Assembly: GCA_951406725.2 (NCBI GenBank)
Contig: OX597831.1
Location: forward strand, 82,274,001-82,338,000
Length of the DNA: 64,000 bases
Reading direction: 5' to 3'
Source: Octopus vulgaris
Taxonomy: Eukaryota
Below are positions 42,036 to 57,675 of the stretch, in pieces (positions within the stretch are counted from its first letter, which is position 1; every line of letters starts with the position of its first letter). The translations under genes were made by a program, and so were the position numbers. The notes under the pieces were generated by a model. That model did not search any database. It was not told the DNA's origin and was given only the letters and a program-made list of their open reading frames with translations.

Positions 42036-44687
42036 ACAATCCAATTTCTGTCTTTTTTTTTTTTTTGCTTTGTTTTCGATTTATGTAATTTTGTTATTTA
42101 TTTTTATTGATTTTGCTTAAATTTTTGACTTAGATATATCCTCCATCAATCTTTTACCATTTCTACCTATCTTCGTTTTCTTACTTTTATTCCAATTTTA
42201 AAAGAGGGAAAAATATTTGTCTTCCATTCTGCATAAAAAAAATACAGGAACAAGTACAGAAAATAAAAATTAGAAAAAACAGAAGTAGTTAGAATTGAGA
42301 AACGGAGAAATTTATGTAAAAATTGATAAAGAAAAAACTTTTGAATAACAAAAACTGTAGAAATATTAAGGATTTCTTAGAATTGGTGTAAATTATTAAG
42401 GAATGAAACTGTCTTTTTACAATAAGACTATTTATTTATATTTGAAGACTTGCAGGGTTTAGAGGATGTACAACTACTGTTGATTTATTACTCTAACCAT
42501 TCCTGTAATTCACATGATTTAAACCCCTAGAATAAGTATCTACTCCATCTTAGTACAACGGGATGTAAATATGAAGTGGCACACCTTATCATTAGTAAGC
42601 AGTAGGAGTATAATAGAATTGATGACTGTTTGTTGAGTTCAACTTGTGGTAGAGCTTGCAAAAAATCTAGGCTCTGCCAGGCAAGAATGATACTCTCTAG
42701 ACATACCAGAGGGGTCAATGGAATGGTCAAAGGTGCCCTAATGATTACAGAACTCACTATCACCACCAATACTCAGTGTGTTAGTAAATACTCGACTAAG
42801 AGTGTGTTACATGCTCCTAACCATTTCCATGATTGATCAGGAAACTTTGAGTGGAACATTGCTCCAAGATTGGTTTACCATCAAGTCTTTTGCTTTATTT
42901 TAGTCAACTGCAAAGCTATGTTGTGGATTTTGGACCCCTACAGTATTAGGCTAATCATAATCAATGTGACTGTGTTGTTGAGATTACCTCTAGTTATTCA
43001 GTATGACACCTGTTGGGGCCCACAACAGTATTAATCTAAGGTCTAAGGTATTCTCAGATGTATTTCTTATTTTTGGAATGAAACAGATACTCCTAGAATG
43101 CTTCCTTGAGTAGTTGAAGCAACTTACATAGGTACTCCTTCATTATTCACTAAGTAGTTCAACTACTCCCTTATTGTTCAGCAACAACTCCCTCGTTGGC
43201 AGATTTGTTCAGTTGTGTAGCCCTCAATACCTTGTCTTTTGTACACAGATGACAAATCACATAATATCTTTGCAACAATAGGTTTTCCCAAGCAGGACTA
43301 ACACACACCTCCTGGTTTTAGCAAAGTTTAACATTTGCCACCTGAATCTCAACTGCCTGAGAGGATCTACAAGGGTCACTGATACTGCTTCCTTTAACTT
43401 TTAAAAAGAAACACCAAAACATCTAAATTTCTATTAGAGAGACAGTTTCCTGTCGTTCAAAACTTAAACTAGTCCATCTTTTATTTCCAAGATGGAGAGG
43501 GATTATTCTGTTAAATTTCATCTGGATTATTTATTTGATACTTCTTAGAAGAAACAATTTAATTTTCCTACTTAAAGATCATGAATTGTACATAATACCA
43601 ATACGAGGGGGTAGGGGTTAATATAATTTCATTAATTTTTAAAAACCATTAAAGTTAATTTCTTCTTTGGATGTTTGTGTTGAAATATTTTTTATATTTT
43701 TTTAATATATTTACAAGACGAAATACCAGTGAGTTTTTTTTTTTAAATATCTGTTTATATATTTTTTTTTTTGGAAGTGTTTGTATTGTTTGACAGTTGA
43801 AGACTTACTTCAGAAACACAAACACCCCCCTCTCTCTCTCTCTCATACACACATATATGCAAACCAACTTAATTAGGAAGGTAAAATAACAAAAAAAAAA
43901 AAAAACACAAAAAAACTATCCAATATGGCAAGGAAGACAGGGAATGTTGGAAAGGGTCTGAAATTCTTTAAAATGTCTTGAAAGGGGATTTTTGTTATTT
44001 TGATTTGTTCTTTATTTTTTCAATATTGTAATCAATAAAATGCTTTATTAAAAATTAGCACCAAATCGTGAAAGAAACCAACTAATGGCGGTGCCCCAGC
44101 ATGGCCACAGCCCTCTGGCTGGAACCAGTTAAATAATAAAAGAGTAATACATAGAATGAGAAGGAGGGATCTCGTATTTTTTTCATTTAAACCTTTTTTC
44201 TTTCCTTCTTACCATATATAATTGTGTCTGTGTGTCAGTATGGACCGTGAGTCCATATATATATATATATATTATATGTATATATTATATGTATATATTT
44301 TATATATATATTATATGTATATATTTTATATATGTTATATATATATGTATATATATTTTTTATATATGTTATATATGTCATATATATATATATACATTTT
44401 AAATATGTTTTATATATATATATATGTATTATGTATATATATTTTATATATGTTATATATATATAGATGTATGTATATGTAATTGAACTAGATTTGCATT
44501 GAACATATATTGAAACTGGCAGAGAGCAAAAAAGTGGTGCAGAAGTAAGCAAGAAGGAGATAAACTAACCATACATAAATTAATAGGAATCCAGAGGAAG
44601 GAAATGGTGAAACTAGAACCCTGCTCCCTCAGTTGCTAGTGATATACATGAGCACAACACTACAGGGCATTGATATTGCAGTCTCAT

Positions 44688-44724
<37 letters not shown>

Positions 44725-44914
44725 AATATAGACAAACATTATCATTTCATAAACGTATATCTAATCAGATTTATTCTATCACATCATCACAGTGTTGGAT
44801 GTGACGGCAAATGCCATGTTGCCCACCAGATGTTTATATATAGTGTGTGTTTGTGTCTGTTTGTGTGTGTGTGTGTGTGTGGTTGATGATGTACCTACTT
44901 ATGTGAGCATGTGA

Positions 44915-45400
44915 ATATGTTAATATATATATGTATATACTTATTTATATTCTGTATGAATAGATGTATGTATATATGTGCATATTTATGTTTATATATG
45001 TATATATATATATGTATGTGTATATATGTATATATATGTATGTGTATATATGTATGTGTATGTATGTATATATATGTATGTATATATGTATATGTATGTA
45101 TATATGTATATGTATGTATGATATGTATGTATATATGTATATGTATGTATATATATATGCATATGTATGTATATATGTGTATATGTATGTATGTATCTGT
45201 ATATATATATGTGTATATGTATGTATGTATGTATGTATATGTAGGTATATATGTGTATATGTATGTATGTATGTGTATATGTATGTATATATGTGTATAT
45301 GTATGTATGTATATATGTGTATATGTATGTATGTATATATGTGTATATGTAGTATATATCTATATATATGTATGTATATATCTATATATATATATATGTT
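44915..45400. repeat. Degenerate (TATG)/(TA) microsatellite
   Basis: Direct inspection. Confidence 0.9.
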
Positions 45401-46789
45401 TGTATCCTGACAACCAGTTGTCAGGATGTTGTAGACCAATGAGCTTTGGTCAGAAAATTGACAGCCGCTTTGGCTCAACAATCCCCCACTAAGTTCAGGA
45501 TTGTTTCACATCAAAGAAAGTATAAATGTTGATGTATTTGTGCAACCACTAAAGGTAGCACTACCCCCCAGTAAGCACAGTACATACTTTCCCACATTCA
45601 ATTCATAAATAGCTAAAGGATTACAGCCAAAGGGCACTGCCTAAAGATACATTAAAATGATTTTGGTATCATCAGAAACTTGGTAGCTATGGAACTCTGA
45701 TCCATAAGTATTTTGTCTTTAATTCTGTGGAGAATAAGGACTTACTTGAGACCCAAATATGTAGGAGAGAAGTTGATGAGTTTGTGACAACAAACTGGGT
45801 TTTTCTCAAGATTAATACTAAAGGTGAATTCACTCCAGACTTAGTCCTGCAAGAGCTTATTACCTTCTCATTGGCATTTACCATAATGATGATGACGATG
45901 ATGATTTCTAACATTGGCACAGAGCAACGTCTTAGGGAAGGAGTGTTAGTTTAGCTAACCCCAGCATGTCACTGGTACTTATAATTTATGAGCATCGGAT
46001 AAAAAGTTGACCTTGGTGTAGTTTGAACTGAGAATATAGGGAAATGAAATTATATTCTTTGACAAGATATTTAGTTAAGTATCCTATAATTTCTGTGAAG
46101 TCACCATGTTAATGAAATTGATGATGATGATTTCGTCGGTAGATGCTAAGATTTATCTAGAGGAGAAATGGGAAGTTGTGATGTTGATGGCATGAAGATT
46201 TAGCAACTGAAGACAAGCGAAATCGAAATTTGGTTTGGAATTTTGTCTAAAGCTGTTCTTAACTCTGCTGATCACTTCGCTATGAAATGCGTACAAAACT
46301 TCTGCCAGCCCAGTAGACTGAGGCAGATTAATCTTCCCTACCTGGTGTCACCTCCTTCCCTATTACCACACACCTTCGTTATCATTTTTATTAGCAATAG
46401 ATTATTTTAATGTAACTAACAACAACAACAACAATAATATTTGAAATGTGGGTTTGATTGATTGTGATAGTTCTTCCCATCTTAAAAATGGTTTTATGGT
46501 TTAGAAACAGGATTTTATTTTGTTTGAACTAATTAAGTTTGAAATTCCATTAACCAAATTCTGAAGATTTTTGAATTCACCAAAAATATAATAGGAAGTT
46601 TAGAAAGAAAGAAAAATATTTGAAGAAAGAAACAAAAAAACAAAAGAAACCCGAAACCAGTAAATCATTAGCAAGCCTCAAACATGTCCCTCATTTTATG
46701 TATACAATATTTTCTGACCACTTAGTACCCCAAAACTCTAATCTTGGCTAACACAATAATAGTAATAGTAATTATTATTATTACTATTA

Positions 46790-47285
46790 TTTTGAGGGTA
46801 GGGCGAGTTGATACCAATGACCCCCAGCACAAGGCTGGTACTTTATTTTATCAACTTTAGAGAGATGAAAAGCAAAATTGAACACAGCATAAAAAAAACC
46901 AGAAAAAATTCCACAAAGCATTCTTCCAATGCTCTAACGGTTCCACCGAATTGAAACACAATTTTAAGAGGTGTTGGCTAAATCATTATCATCAACCTCA
47001 ATACTTAACCAGTAATTTATTTCATCAATCCTGAATGGATGAAAGATAAAGTTGGCCCTGGTGGGATTTGAATTCAGCACATAAAGAGTTGGAAGAAATA
47101 CCACCAGGCATTTTTCCCAGTATGCTAATGATTTTATCAATCTATAATGGTTTCAAATATTGACATAAGTCCAGTAATTTTAGGAGGAGGGGTTAAGTTG
47201 ACTGTATCAACCCCAATACTTGACTGGTTCTTTCATCAACCCTGAACAGGCGAAAGGCAAAGTTAACCTCATTGAGATTTGAGCA
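46790..47285 (-). mobile_element. Three degenerate SINE family B copies in tandem
   Basis: Repeated decayed ggtact..ttttatcaac..gatgaaa..aaagttg..ggatttga blocks. Confidence 0.55.
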
Positions 47286-49719
47286 ATAAAAATAATAATA
47301 ACAGTGAAAATATGTGCCCTAAACATTGAAAATATTTTCACTGCAAATCTGTTCCTTTTCTTTTTTTTTAACTAAATGACAAAAAATAAAATTGAAAAAA
47401 TATGAATAAATGAAACAGAGTGGGATGGATTTGTGGTGTTGGGTGTGAACAGTATATGTCTGATAGCTGCCAAAAAATGTCTTACTCCCTCCCCACTCCC
47501 AGAAAGTGTAGTTACTTCTGGCTAAGTTGGTAGCATGTTAGAGTATTGAATTTGTTCATGTCCCATTGTCGCTGTGTCACTGGCTCAAGGGAAGCATTCT
47601 ATAATTAATATTGAGTCTTATGTCTGACTGCAAGTGTTGAAGCTCACACCAGCCTGGCTGTAAACTGTCATTTACACGACATTCTTAGCAAGAGTAGAGC
47701 TGCTAATTTCATCTCCACCACTTGTTTGGTCTTGTAGAATAAGGTGTTGTTTTATTTTTATCAGTCAGAATACAAAATATATGTTAGATGAACTGACCAA
47801 TTCAAAACTTTGGAACCAAGTAGTCTTATTTATTCATAGTCCACTAATCTGGTGAGCTTATATATAAAGGGTTACACAGGGTTGTAGGTGAGCTAATTGA
47901 TAGGGCCTTGAACAAGATTCTCTATTGAAAGAATTCTTCTCAAGTCTTATTTGATTGGACTGTGTTGGTCATCAGTGTCTGTTGAAAGGGCACTACACAA
48001 ATCTCGTTGGTAGAACCCTGCTTAACACTCAGTAGGGCACCCCACTCAACAGTTCTCAATTCTGTTTAGACAAAGACACTAAACACAATTGTAAACATGT
48101 ACTCCTTTAAGCAGTGAGAGTACTGTACAACTGATGAATTGTTAGTTTGTTAAGGTGAGTTCAAATTCTGCCACTCACATAGTAGGTAGACAGATGAGAT
48201 CTGCCAGAATCACTTGCTACAGATACGATAAAATGAAGAATGAAAAGTCTTTTCTGAGGTCATAACACTAATTAAAGATCATCCTAAGTTCACACAGTTC
48301 TTCAGTGTTTATGTATAATGTGAATAATTGTCAGATAAGGAGTACCATTAGCTGATCTTTACTCACAGAAACAATTGTTTTTTGTCTTTTTTTAATCCAC
48401 TTTTCTGAAATATACAATTTCTACCAAATTTCTCTCAGTTAAAAAGTAGAAGTTGACAAAAGCTAAATATCTTAGTTCCAAATTCTTTTAGGAATGACAT
48501 TGTAATTTACCAACTGGAATCTTATTTTTGTCTCTTTGAAATTTCATACACACACAAGTGCATCGGTGTATATAATAAAGAATCTAGATTACGAAAAATG
48601 TTCAAATCTGAAAAGCTTAATTCATTTTACAAATGTTAAATTGATCATATTAAAAAATAAGTCGTATTTGTATAATTTACTTATTTCTCTTTAAAAAAAA
48701 TCTCTTTTTACTAGGTACAAGAGCCAGATACATTTAAAGGAGTGGAGAGTGGGATGTTGTAGTCTTCATACTTTTTTGGAGTATTAGTGGTGTAAGGAAA
48801 GTATCTCTTGAAACCAGGAATCAAGATCAGGTTGTGGGTTCCATTTCCTGGGAGTGTTATAACTTCTCGTTCTATGAAACTCTCTACAAAATTTGTTTAC
48901 AGTTGTGTAAAAACAAACAAACAAAAAAAACAAACAATGGAAGTGAAAGAGAGAAAAATCTCCATAATCCTGAGAAAGAAAGGAAAGAAAGAAAGAAAGA
49001 AATGACTTCTTTTTTTTGTTTTTGTCTGTTCAGAAACCTGTCATATTATTAATATAAAGATTTTTCAATTTGAAAAACATTAATTAATTTTAAAAGAGAA
49101 ATGACAGAAGATGAGAGTTGCAAGAGTGAGATTTAGAACAAGTATGTTTTTTTTTACGCTTTTTTTTTTTACACTATTAATCTCAGCCGTCTCCTCTCAC
49201 CTTATCCCTCCACCCCAACAAGAGCAGATATGGTAAACTGTATGTATGTTATATTGCTGTGAGTTAAATAAGAAGAGAGCAATTTTGAGAAAATTAAAAG
49301 TGGAATTTTTGAAAGAAGAATCTTAAATAAGAGAGCGAATTATAGAAAGATGTGAAAAGGGTTGAAAGAAGGGTTCTCCCCATTTTCCAGTTTGGAGAAT
49401 CATGCAGGGTTAACAGTTTGAGATAAAATTACTTCAATATCACAATTGTTCTTTCACAAGGGATATTGGTAATTTTATGATGTGGCATCACCCATTATTT
49501 TATTTTATATTGTTTTTTTAATTAATTTGTTTTGTTTTTTTCTTTTTTTTTTTTGCTTTAGAGTGAGTATGGATAATGGATTTATTTTTCCTATGAGATA
49601 TTAAAATTCTATTTATATATCTATATAGTGTGTATATATATATATATAATGTTTTGTGTGTGTGTTTGTATGCATGTGTGTGTATTTGAGTGCATGTGTG
49701 TGTGCGTATGTACATATAT

Positions 49720-49773
<54 letters not shown>

Positions 49774-50632
49774 CATACATACATACATACACACACATAC
49801 CCTACAAGACTTATACATATATGTATGTATGATAAACATACATGCACTCACCCATTGTACACATATGCATCTGTCTATATGTTTTGTATGAATGGGAAAC
49901 GACTTTTCTTTGAAACATTTATTGGAAACACAACTATGTTGCAATTTAATCTTTATTAACATTTTTTCTCATATCTGTGTATCAAATTTTGGAATAACAG
50001 ATCTCCCAAATTTATCTTTAGCAATGTTTCTAGGCCATCTCAACATCGTGTTCAGGATGTGGAAGGGAGGGTGGTGGGTTCTTTAATGCTTGTTCTATTG
50101 ATAGACGGCTTATGGCTATGCAACTATTCCCACCAGAATTTGACTGAGTATTCAAGTTCCTCACCATCAGGTCCTCACTTGTGATCTGTGTTGAATGTTA
50201 ATTGTCATGTTGTGTTGCAGTATTAGTTATACAGGAAGATATTAAGAGGAAATCTTTCCTCCACACAGAAACAGACAATTGATCATGGTGGCAATGCTAA
50301 CAGAACCACCACACAAGGCATCAAAAAACACGAATCTAGAGATGTAGGGCATGAATATGCTAACAGTAAAATTCTGGCAGGGAAAATCTATGTAAACAAG
50401 CTGTCAACTCTATAAAGGGCTGTACAGAATCCATCACCACTCCACATCCTGAAGATGATGGTGGAGATAACCTGGAAACATTGATGAAAATGGATTTTGG
50501 AAGTTTGGCCCAAATAAAATAGAAGGGTCTGATACACAGCTGAAACAGTTTGGATAAAAAGAAAAAAAACATAGTTAGAAAATTGTGTTTTCTATGTAAT
50601 ATGTATATGTAAATATAATATGTATGAGTGTG

Positions 50633-50725
<93 letters not shown>

Positions 50726-51729
50726 TCTGTATGTATACAAACTTATATGCTTATCTATATATTTATATGCATTTATAGATTATATACATATGTACATAAC
50801 ACATAATGTGCTTCTGTGTATGTATATGTCTATATATATATGTGTATATATATGTATATTTACTAAACAGATGCTAAAGATGTGTCAAGCTACTTGTTGA
50901 GAAGAAATCTGTTAATACAAACCACAGATAAGGTAAGAAAAAAATAATTTTCGTTTTTTTTCTGTTATATAATCACTTGAGTTGTGATAATTGTTTTTGT
51001 TCTTGTTGTTCTTCACAAACCTTTGATAAAAAAAAAATGTTAAAAACCACACACACACACACTGAAGAAAAAAAAATTGAATTGCACCACTCTCTGCTGC
51101 AAAATATAGAGGTAAGCTCAGCAAATTGATTGATTGGTTGTTGAAAGGTTGAGCCATATGGATGAAGAATGAATTTAGTTCTTTGGTCTCGTTTCTCAGA
51201 ATCATTCCCAGAATTACCATTTCACATTTTTGTTGAAATGTAATTAATGTTTCATTTTCTTCCTTCCTTCTTGTGCCTTTCTTTCCTTGTATTTATTATT
51301 ATTGACAAAATAGGGAGATGAGGGTAATATTCCTTTGTCAACAGGATCAAGGCGCTACACCTCAGATAAACCATGCCATCAGGTAAGAAAACAGATAAAA
51401 TATTACTTTTTTTTCCCTCTTTTTATCTGCCATGAGTTTCTTTTTCTGTGTAGTTGTTTTATTTTTATTTTTTATATGATTTTTAAAAATTTTGTTTAAT
51501 AATTATAACAAACCAAAAATTAAAAACAAACAAAACTGATTTCTGATCTTTGTTTCGTAAGGACCAGATTTTGTTCACAGTTTGATGGGAAAGTGGGTTT
51601 GATAGGTAAAGTTATCAGAGAAAATGCTGATAGTTTCGTTGCAGCAAAATATCTGAAGAATGTTTGGTTGCGAGTGAAGGAGGCAGTTAGCAAGTTCAGA
51701 GTTTTGTTTATTGTCCAGTTATATCTCTC

Positions 51730-51906
51730 TCAGTAGACCCAACTAACTGGCACCCACTGTGCCGTTACAGATATATCCTTAATGGCGAGTTCAAGACTTT
51801 GAATAGTTTCTTCAATGTCATTATTTACTATTTTCATGTCAAAGTAATGTCCATAAGCTTTTTCAAGAAGCTCGCTTTCCCTTGCTAGCCGTTCTAAACT
51901 TCCATC
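51730..51906 (-). CDS. CASK: Terminal coding exon of CASK/LIN-2 (C-terminus of the MAGUK guanylate-kinase-like domain)
   Basis: Translates [58 protein letters not shown]-stop, matching the recognisable CASK C-terminus (NNDIxETI...QWVPVSWVY). Pyrimidine-rich acceptor ttcccttttgcag|GAT at 51907-51909, phase 0. TGA at 51730-51732. Confidence 0.93.
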   Translation of the reverse strand, partial: DGSLERLARESELLEKAYGHYFDMKIVNNDIEETIQSLELAIKDISVTAQWVPVSWVY

Positions 51907-51988
51907 CTGCAAAAGGGAATAAATCACATATAAATAGTTACACATGAACATACATCATAAATGTACTGCAAGTGTGTGTGTGTATGTA

Positions 51989-52056
<68 letters not shown>

Positions 52057-53597
52057 CATATATATACATATATACATACACACACACATGCCATCATGAT
52101 ATTTTATACATATATGTTAGCAAGTTAAAAACACACACACACACACATATTTAAATACTTCTGATATTAAAGAAAGGCATGAGAAAAAGCTGGTGTGATC
52201 AAATCTGGTTAATATTTGCTTGAGTGATGAAGAAGATTGATAGCCATTTCATACTTAAAGCTCATTAGTTGAAACTCCGTGACTAAATATCTGTTAATGG
52301 GTGACCAGTCTTATTGACCAGTTATTGATCAGTTATTGTGAAGAGGAGTGAAAATGAAAGCATGTATGACTTTCTAAATTTAATGTAATGGCTAGAACCA
52401 GGAATTGAAACCGGTTCTGTGATTCTGCAGCAGTTAACAATGTTACTATGTTCTGTAATCAGTAAGGTGGAGGGTTATGGTGATAGGATTGGCTTTATTG
52501 CAAACACTAACTTAAAAGTTATCTCTCAAGAATTATAGGAATAGTAGTGATGCAACCATGGAGTATAATTATACACTTCAGGATATTGTCACCCTGCATG
52601 GTGCAACTATGCACCTGAATCCCATGGGTTGCCTGTGGGTCTCCTCCTGTGATAGCCCTGTACCTTGTTGGGGGAATCAACCAATCCATCCATCACTCAC
52701 TGTAAACAATACAAGATACGGAAGGGTGGTTAACATTTAGCTATTTGCAACAAGTGCCTTAAACTGTTTGGTTTCTTTGATTTATTTCCCCACCATTCGT
52801 AAATACTGTGGACCAGGGATTGAAGTGTAACTTTTAGTGATTCAGTGATTGGAGTGTGTGTAATCTTTACTATTTCCTACTGAACTTGCAACTTGGACAA
52901 CTTTTGCTTCTCAATTATAGCAGTGGACTGTCAGAATCACGAAAATGCTTAGTGGTGGAATTTCTTCTGCTAGTTTACATATCCTGACTTTGAATTCCAC
53001 CAAGGTTGACTTTGTCTTTCCTACTTTCAGGTTTGATAGAATAGGCACTTGTAGAACACGGGGGGGGGGGGGTAGATTAGAATGACTAGTCCTCTCTCCT
53101 AAAATTGTCACTGTGACGTTTATGCCTTTGTTTCGAAAGACACCAAAATGAAGCACAATGACTTCGATTGACCACTGAGACTACATTGCAGGGTTAGTTG
53201 TCCAAACATTTCTTGTCTTACATCACTTCCCTCAGAGATGGCATTGATTCCCTGTAGTGAATCGACTCCAACTGGTATTATTTTAACCCTGGGACGATAA
53301 AAAGTAAAACTCTGTTTCGTCTGACATTCCACAACTTCTTCTTCCAATTTAGTAACCATAGCAACAACAAAAAAATATCAGTAAATATCAATGTTTTTCA
53401 GTTTAATAATATCAATCACAATGAGAATAAAAACAAATATAAGCAGGATAGTGTTTAGAATGTCACAACATGGTGCAACATGCAAGAGAACATGCAAAGG
53501 TGCAAACACACATGGAGGAAATAAGCAAAGAAAGTTGTTGACAAATGTAGTAAAAACAGGCACAAACTATCAAGTGATGATTTTGTACAGCTATGGG

Positions 53598-54176
<579 letters not shown>

Positions 54177-54178
<2 letters not shown>

Positions 54179-55130
54179 AACCCTGGAAATATTGCACATC
54201 TGCAACAGGAGTTGGATACAATATACAGGTGAGCTGAAGACAACAACATGCAGTTTAATGCAGGTAAGTTCCAGGCCCTGCGCTACCGGCACACAAAGGT
54301 AAACGACATGCAGACTGGATACACTGGCCCGGGAAGAATTGCAATCCCTGAGTCAAAATCAGTGCGTCACCTGGGCATTGACATGAGCAATGATGCATCT
54401 TTCCAAGTGCATATTACTAATCTGGTGATAAAATGCAGACGGTTAGCTGGATGGATTCTCCGAACTTTCAGAACAAGAGAGAAGGAGACACTGATGGTCC
54501 TGTGGAAAACTTTCGTCCTCAGCCGCTTGGACTATTGCTCCCAACAATGGTCACCACACAATATAAAACTAACAGCAGAACTCGAAGCAATTCAAAGAAG
54601 CTACACAAAGAAGATCGTCTCAATGCAACATATCAGCTCATGGGAAAGACTGAAAGTATTAAACCTCTTCTCCCTAGGAGCGAAGGTGGGAGAGATATGC
54701 GGTGATATACATCTGGAAAATCCTGGAGGGTCTTGTCCCAAACGTTGGCATTCAAAGTTACCCCAACCGCAGAATGGGGCGCCACTGCATGGTGCCAAAG
54801 ATTCCAACATCATCATCAAAATACAGGACCAGATACTGCAACAGCTTGGGTTTCAGAGGACCACAGCTCTCTAACATCCTCCCTAAATGACTTGCATGGT
54901 GTGGATGTGGGTTTCTTTAAAACTAAACTGGATCTCTTTTTGTCGGGGGTCCCAGATGAACCTACCTCACGACAGGAGACACAGATGCGGGCAGCGGCAT
55001 CGAACTCCCTTGTTGACCAAGTGCCATGTATCAGAGGTGGATTCACATATTAGTGTAGCTCATTCAACAGTGGTGCCCCATGATGGCCGCAGCCTTTAGG
55101 CTGAAACATTTTTAAGGATTTAAGGATTTA
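54177..55130 (+). mobile_element. CR1-group LINE 3' fragment in the last CASK intron (antisense to CASK), inserted in TA/TACA microsatellite
   Basis: [50 protein letters not shown]. 3' UTR ends in (TTTAAGGA)n repeats. Confidence 0.85.
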
Positions 55131-55656
55131 TACATATATATACGTACATATATATACATACATATATATGTACATACATATATTTACATGAATATACACA
55201 CATATATACATATATATATATACATACATATATACATACATACATATATACATATATATATACATACATATATATATATACATACATATATATATATACA
55301 TATATATATATATACATACATACATACATATATATATACATACATATATACATACATATATATATATACATATATATATACATATATATATACATACATA
55401 TATATATATATATACATACATATATATATATACATATATATATACATACATATATATATATATACATACATATATATATACATACATATATATATATACA
55501 TATATATACATACATATATATATACATACATATATATATACATACATATATATATACATAAATATATATATACATACATATATATATATATACATACATA
55601 TATATATACATACATATATATATATATACATACATACATATATATATATATATACA

Positions 55657-55696
<40 letters not shown>

Positions 55697-56944
55697 CATA
55701 TATCCACACTGGATATTGTTTTGCCATTCTTACACTGTCAAGGATAGAGTAAGGATCATTTGGCATTCCCTCTTGATTAGTCTTCCTTTCTCATGCCACC
55801 TATTGTATAGCCCTGATGAGGCATTCTCAGCTTTTCTATGAAGCTCACATACACACACGTGGTATGTGCATGTGTGTTCACGTTCAGTCATTATTGGTTT
55901 GAATAATTGGTTACTTCACTACATCTTCTTGCCTCTTACAGATGAATTCCCCAATGAATTTTGAATGTAACTTGGAATCGGTAAAAACTGTTGCCAACTG
56001 CTACATAAATCACTAATTTATGCAGCAATCTGTAACAATTTTCATCACATAATGAAGCTCATCCATCAGGAACTTAGCATATCAGCAACAGAAACCACTT
56101 TTGAAGCCGAATGTAGTCAATGCTTCACTAATTGCAAGCATCTGATTAATTAGACATACGTCTTTGTGTCGATGAAACTCAGCATAATGGCTGATCATTC
56201 ACTAACTGCCTTCCTACAGATATGAGCAGCCCTTTAAGAGCCACCCATGCCACAGCTACCAAAACTTTAACCACTGGCTCTGTATAAAAATATTCCAAAA
56301 TTAGCAATGAAATATTTTCTTTAAAAAGATTTAGAAATCTATTGAAATAGGATAAAATGTGGGATCCAAGGTAAATGTGTTGGCGGAGTTCAGTCAGTGT
56401 AAAGCCTGGAAGATTGTAAAGTTTATTTCTCAGGAAGAGTCTTCAAGGAATCTAAGGTTAGGAAAAGAAAAACTGAAGTTGAAGGGTGAATTTGGGAAGA
56501 TGGATAGTTAAGCAACAAGAGGGGTGGGTGAGACGGTGAGAAATGAAAAATGTAGAGTGAAAGGAGGAAAAAGGTTAGCAAGTTGAACTGGAAAGTATCC
56601 ATACAGCCCTGGGGCACAGAGATTGAGGACACAGCAAAAGGTAAGGGTTGGGGAAACATACTACAGGCAATCATCTATATATTAGTTATAACAGTTACGA
56701 CCTAGGCTGACCTTATTGACCACTTAACTGTGAAGAAGTGATGCAAGTCTTTTGGTCAGTGAAGCAAACTGGAGCAAGTGGTGTTTGGTGTCTGGATAAA
56801 CGACAGGAACAACTTCTCAGTCTCATCTACATGACATGGCAACTTCAGTTTCATGCAGACGCAGTTTCATGCGACTGGCAAAAGTCTTACTCATGACTTA
56901 ATTTCACACACACACACATCCACTAATAGTTTTACTGTATATGT

Positions 56945-57675
56945 ATTCTTTTACTTGTTTCAGTCATTTGACTGGGACCATGCTGGAGCACCACTGGGCT
57001 TATTCTTTGTAAGTCTGGTACTTATTCTATTGGTCTCTTCTGTCGAGCTGCTAAAACATAACACACCCACAGAGACACAAAGATATGCACATAAGAATAT
57101 ACATATATATACGACGGGCTTCTTTCAGTTTCCATTTACCAAATCCACTCACAAGGCTTTATTTGGTCAGCCTGATGCTATAGTAGATGACACTTACCCA
57201 AGGTGCCACACAGTGGGACTGAGCCCAGAACCCTGTGGTCGGGAAGCAATCATCTTACCACATAGCCACGCCACATATATTCTTTTACTCTTTTACTTGT
57301 TTCAGTCATTTGACTGTGGCCATGCTGGATCACCACCTTTTGTCAAACAAATTGACCCCAGGACTTATTCTTTGTAAGCCTACTACTTATTCTATGGGTC
57401 TCTTTTTGCTGAACTGTTAAGTTACAGGGATGTAAACACACCAACATTGATTGTCAAGCGATAGTGAGGGAAGGGGACAGACACAAACACACAAATACAT
57501 ACACACGCACACACAATGGCCTTCTTTCAGTTTCCATCTACCAAATCCACTCTCAAGGCTTTGGTCAGCCTGAGGCTATAGTAGAAGATACTTGACCAAG
57601 GTGTCACGCAGTGGGACTGAACCCAGAACCATGTGGTTGGGAAGCAAGCATCTTACCACACAGCCACTCTTGCAC
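56945..57675 (-). mobile_element. Two tandem SINE family A copies, intronic, CpG-decayed
   Basis: Same core and tail as family A, occurring twice, with many CG changed to TG/CA. Confidence 0.75.

Noticed and set aside
51907-51951. N-terminal [15 protein letters not shown] of ORF 51730-51951
   Set aside because: Intronic sequence upstream of the acceptor at 51907.
55812-55850. CTGATGAG motif (also 59641, 48131, 22425)
   Set aside because: No properly placed stem II plus GAAA and NUH, so not hammerheads.
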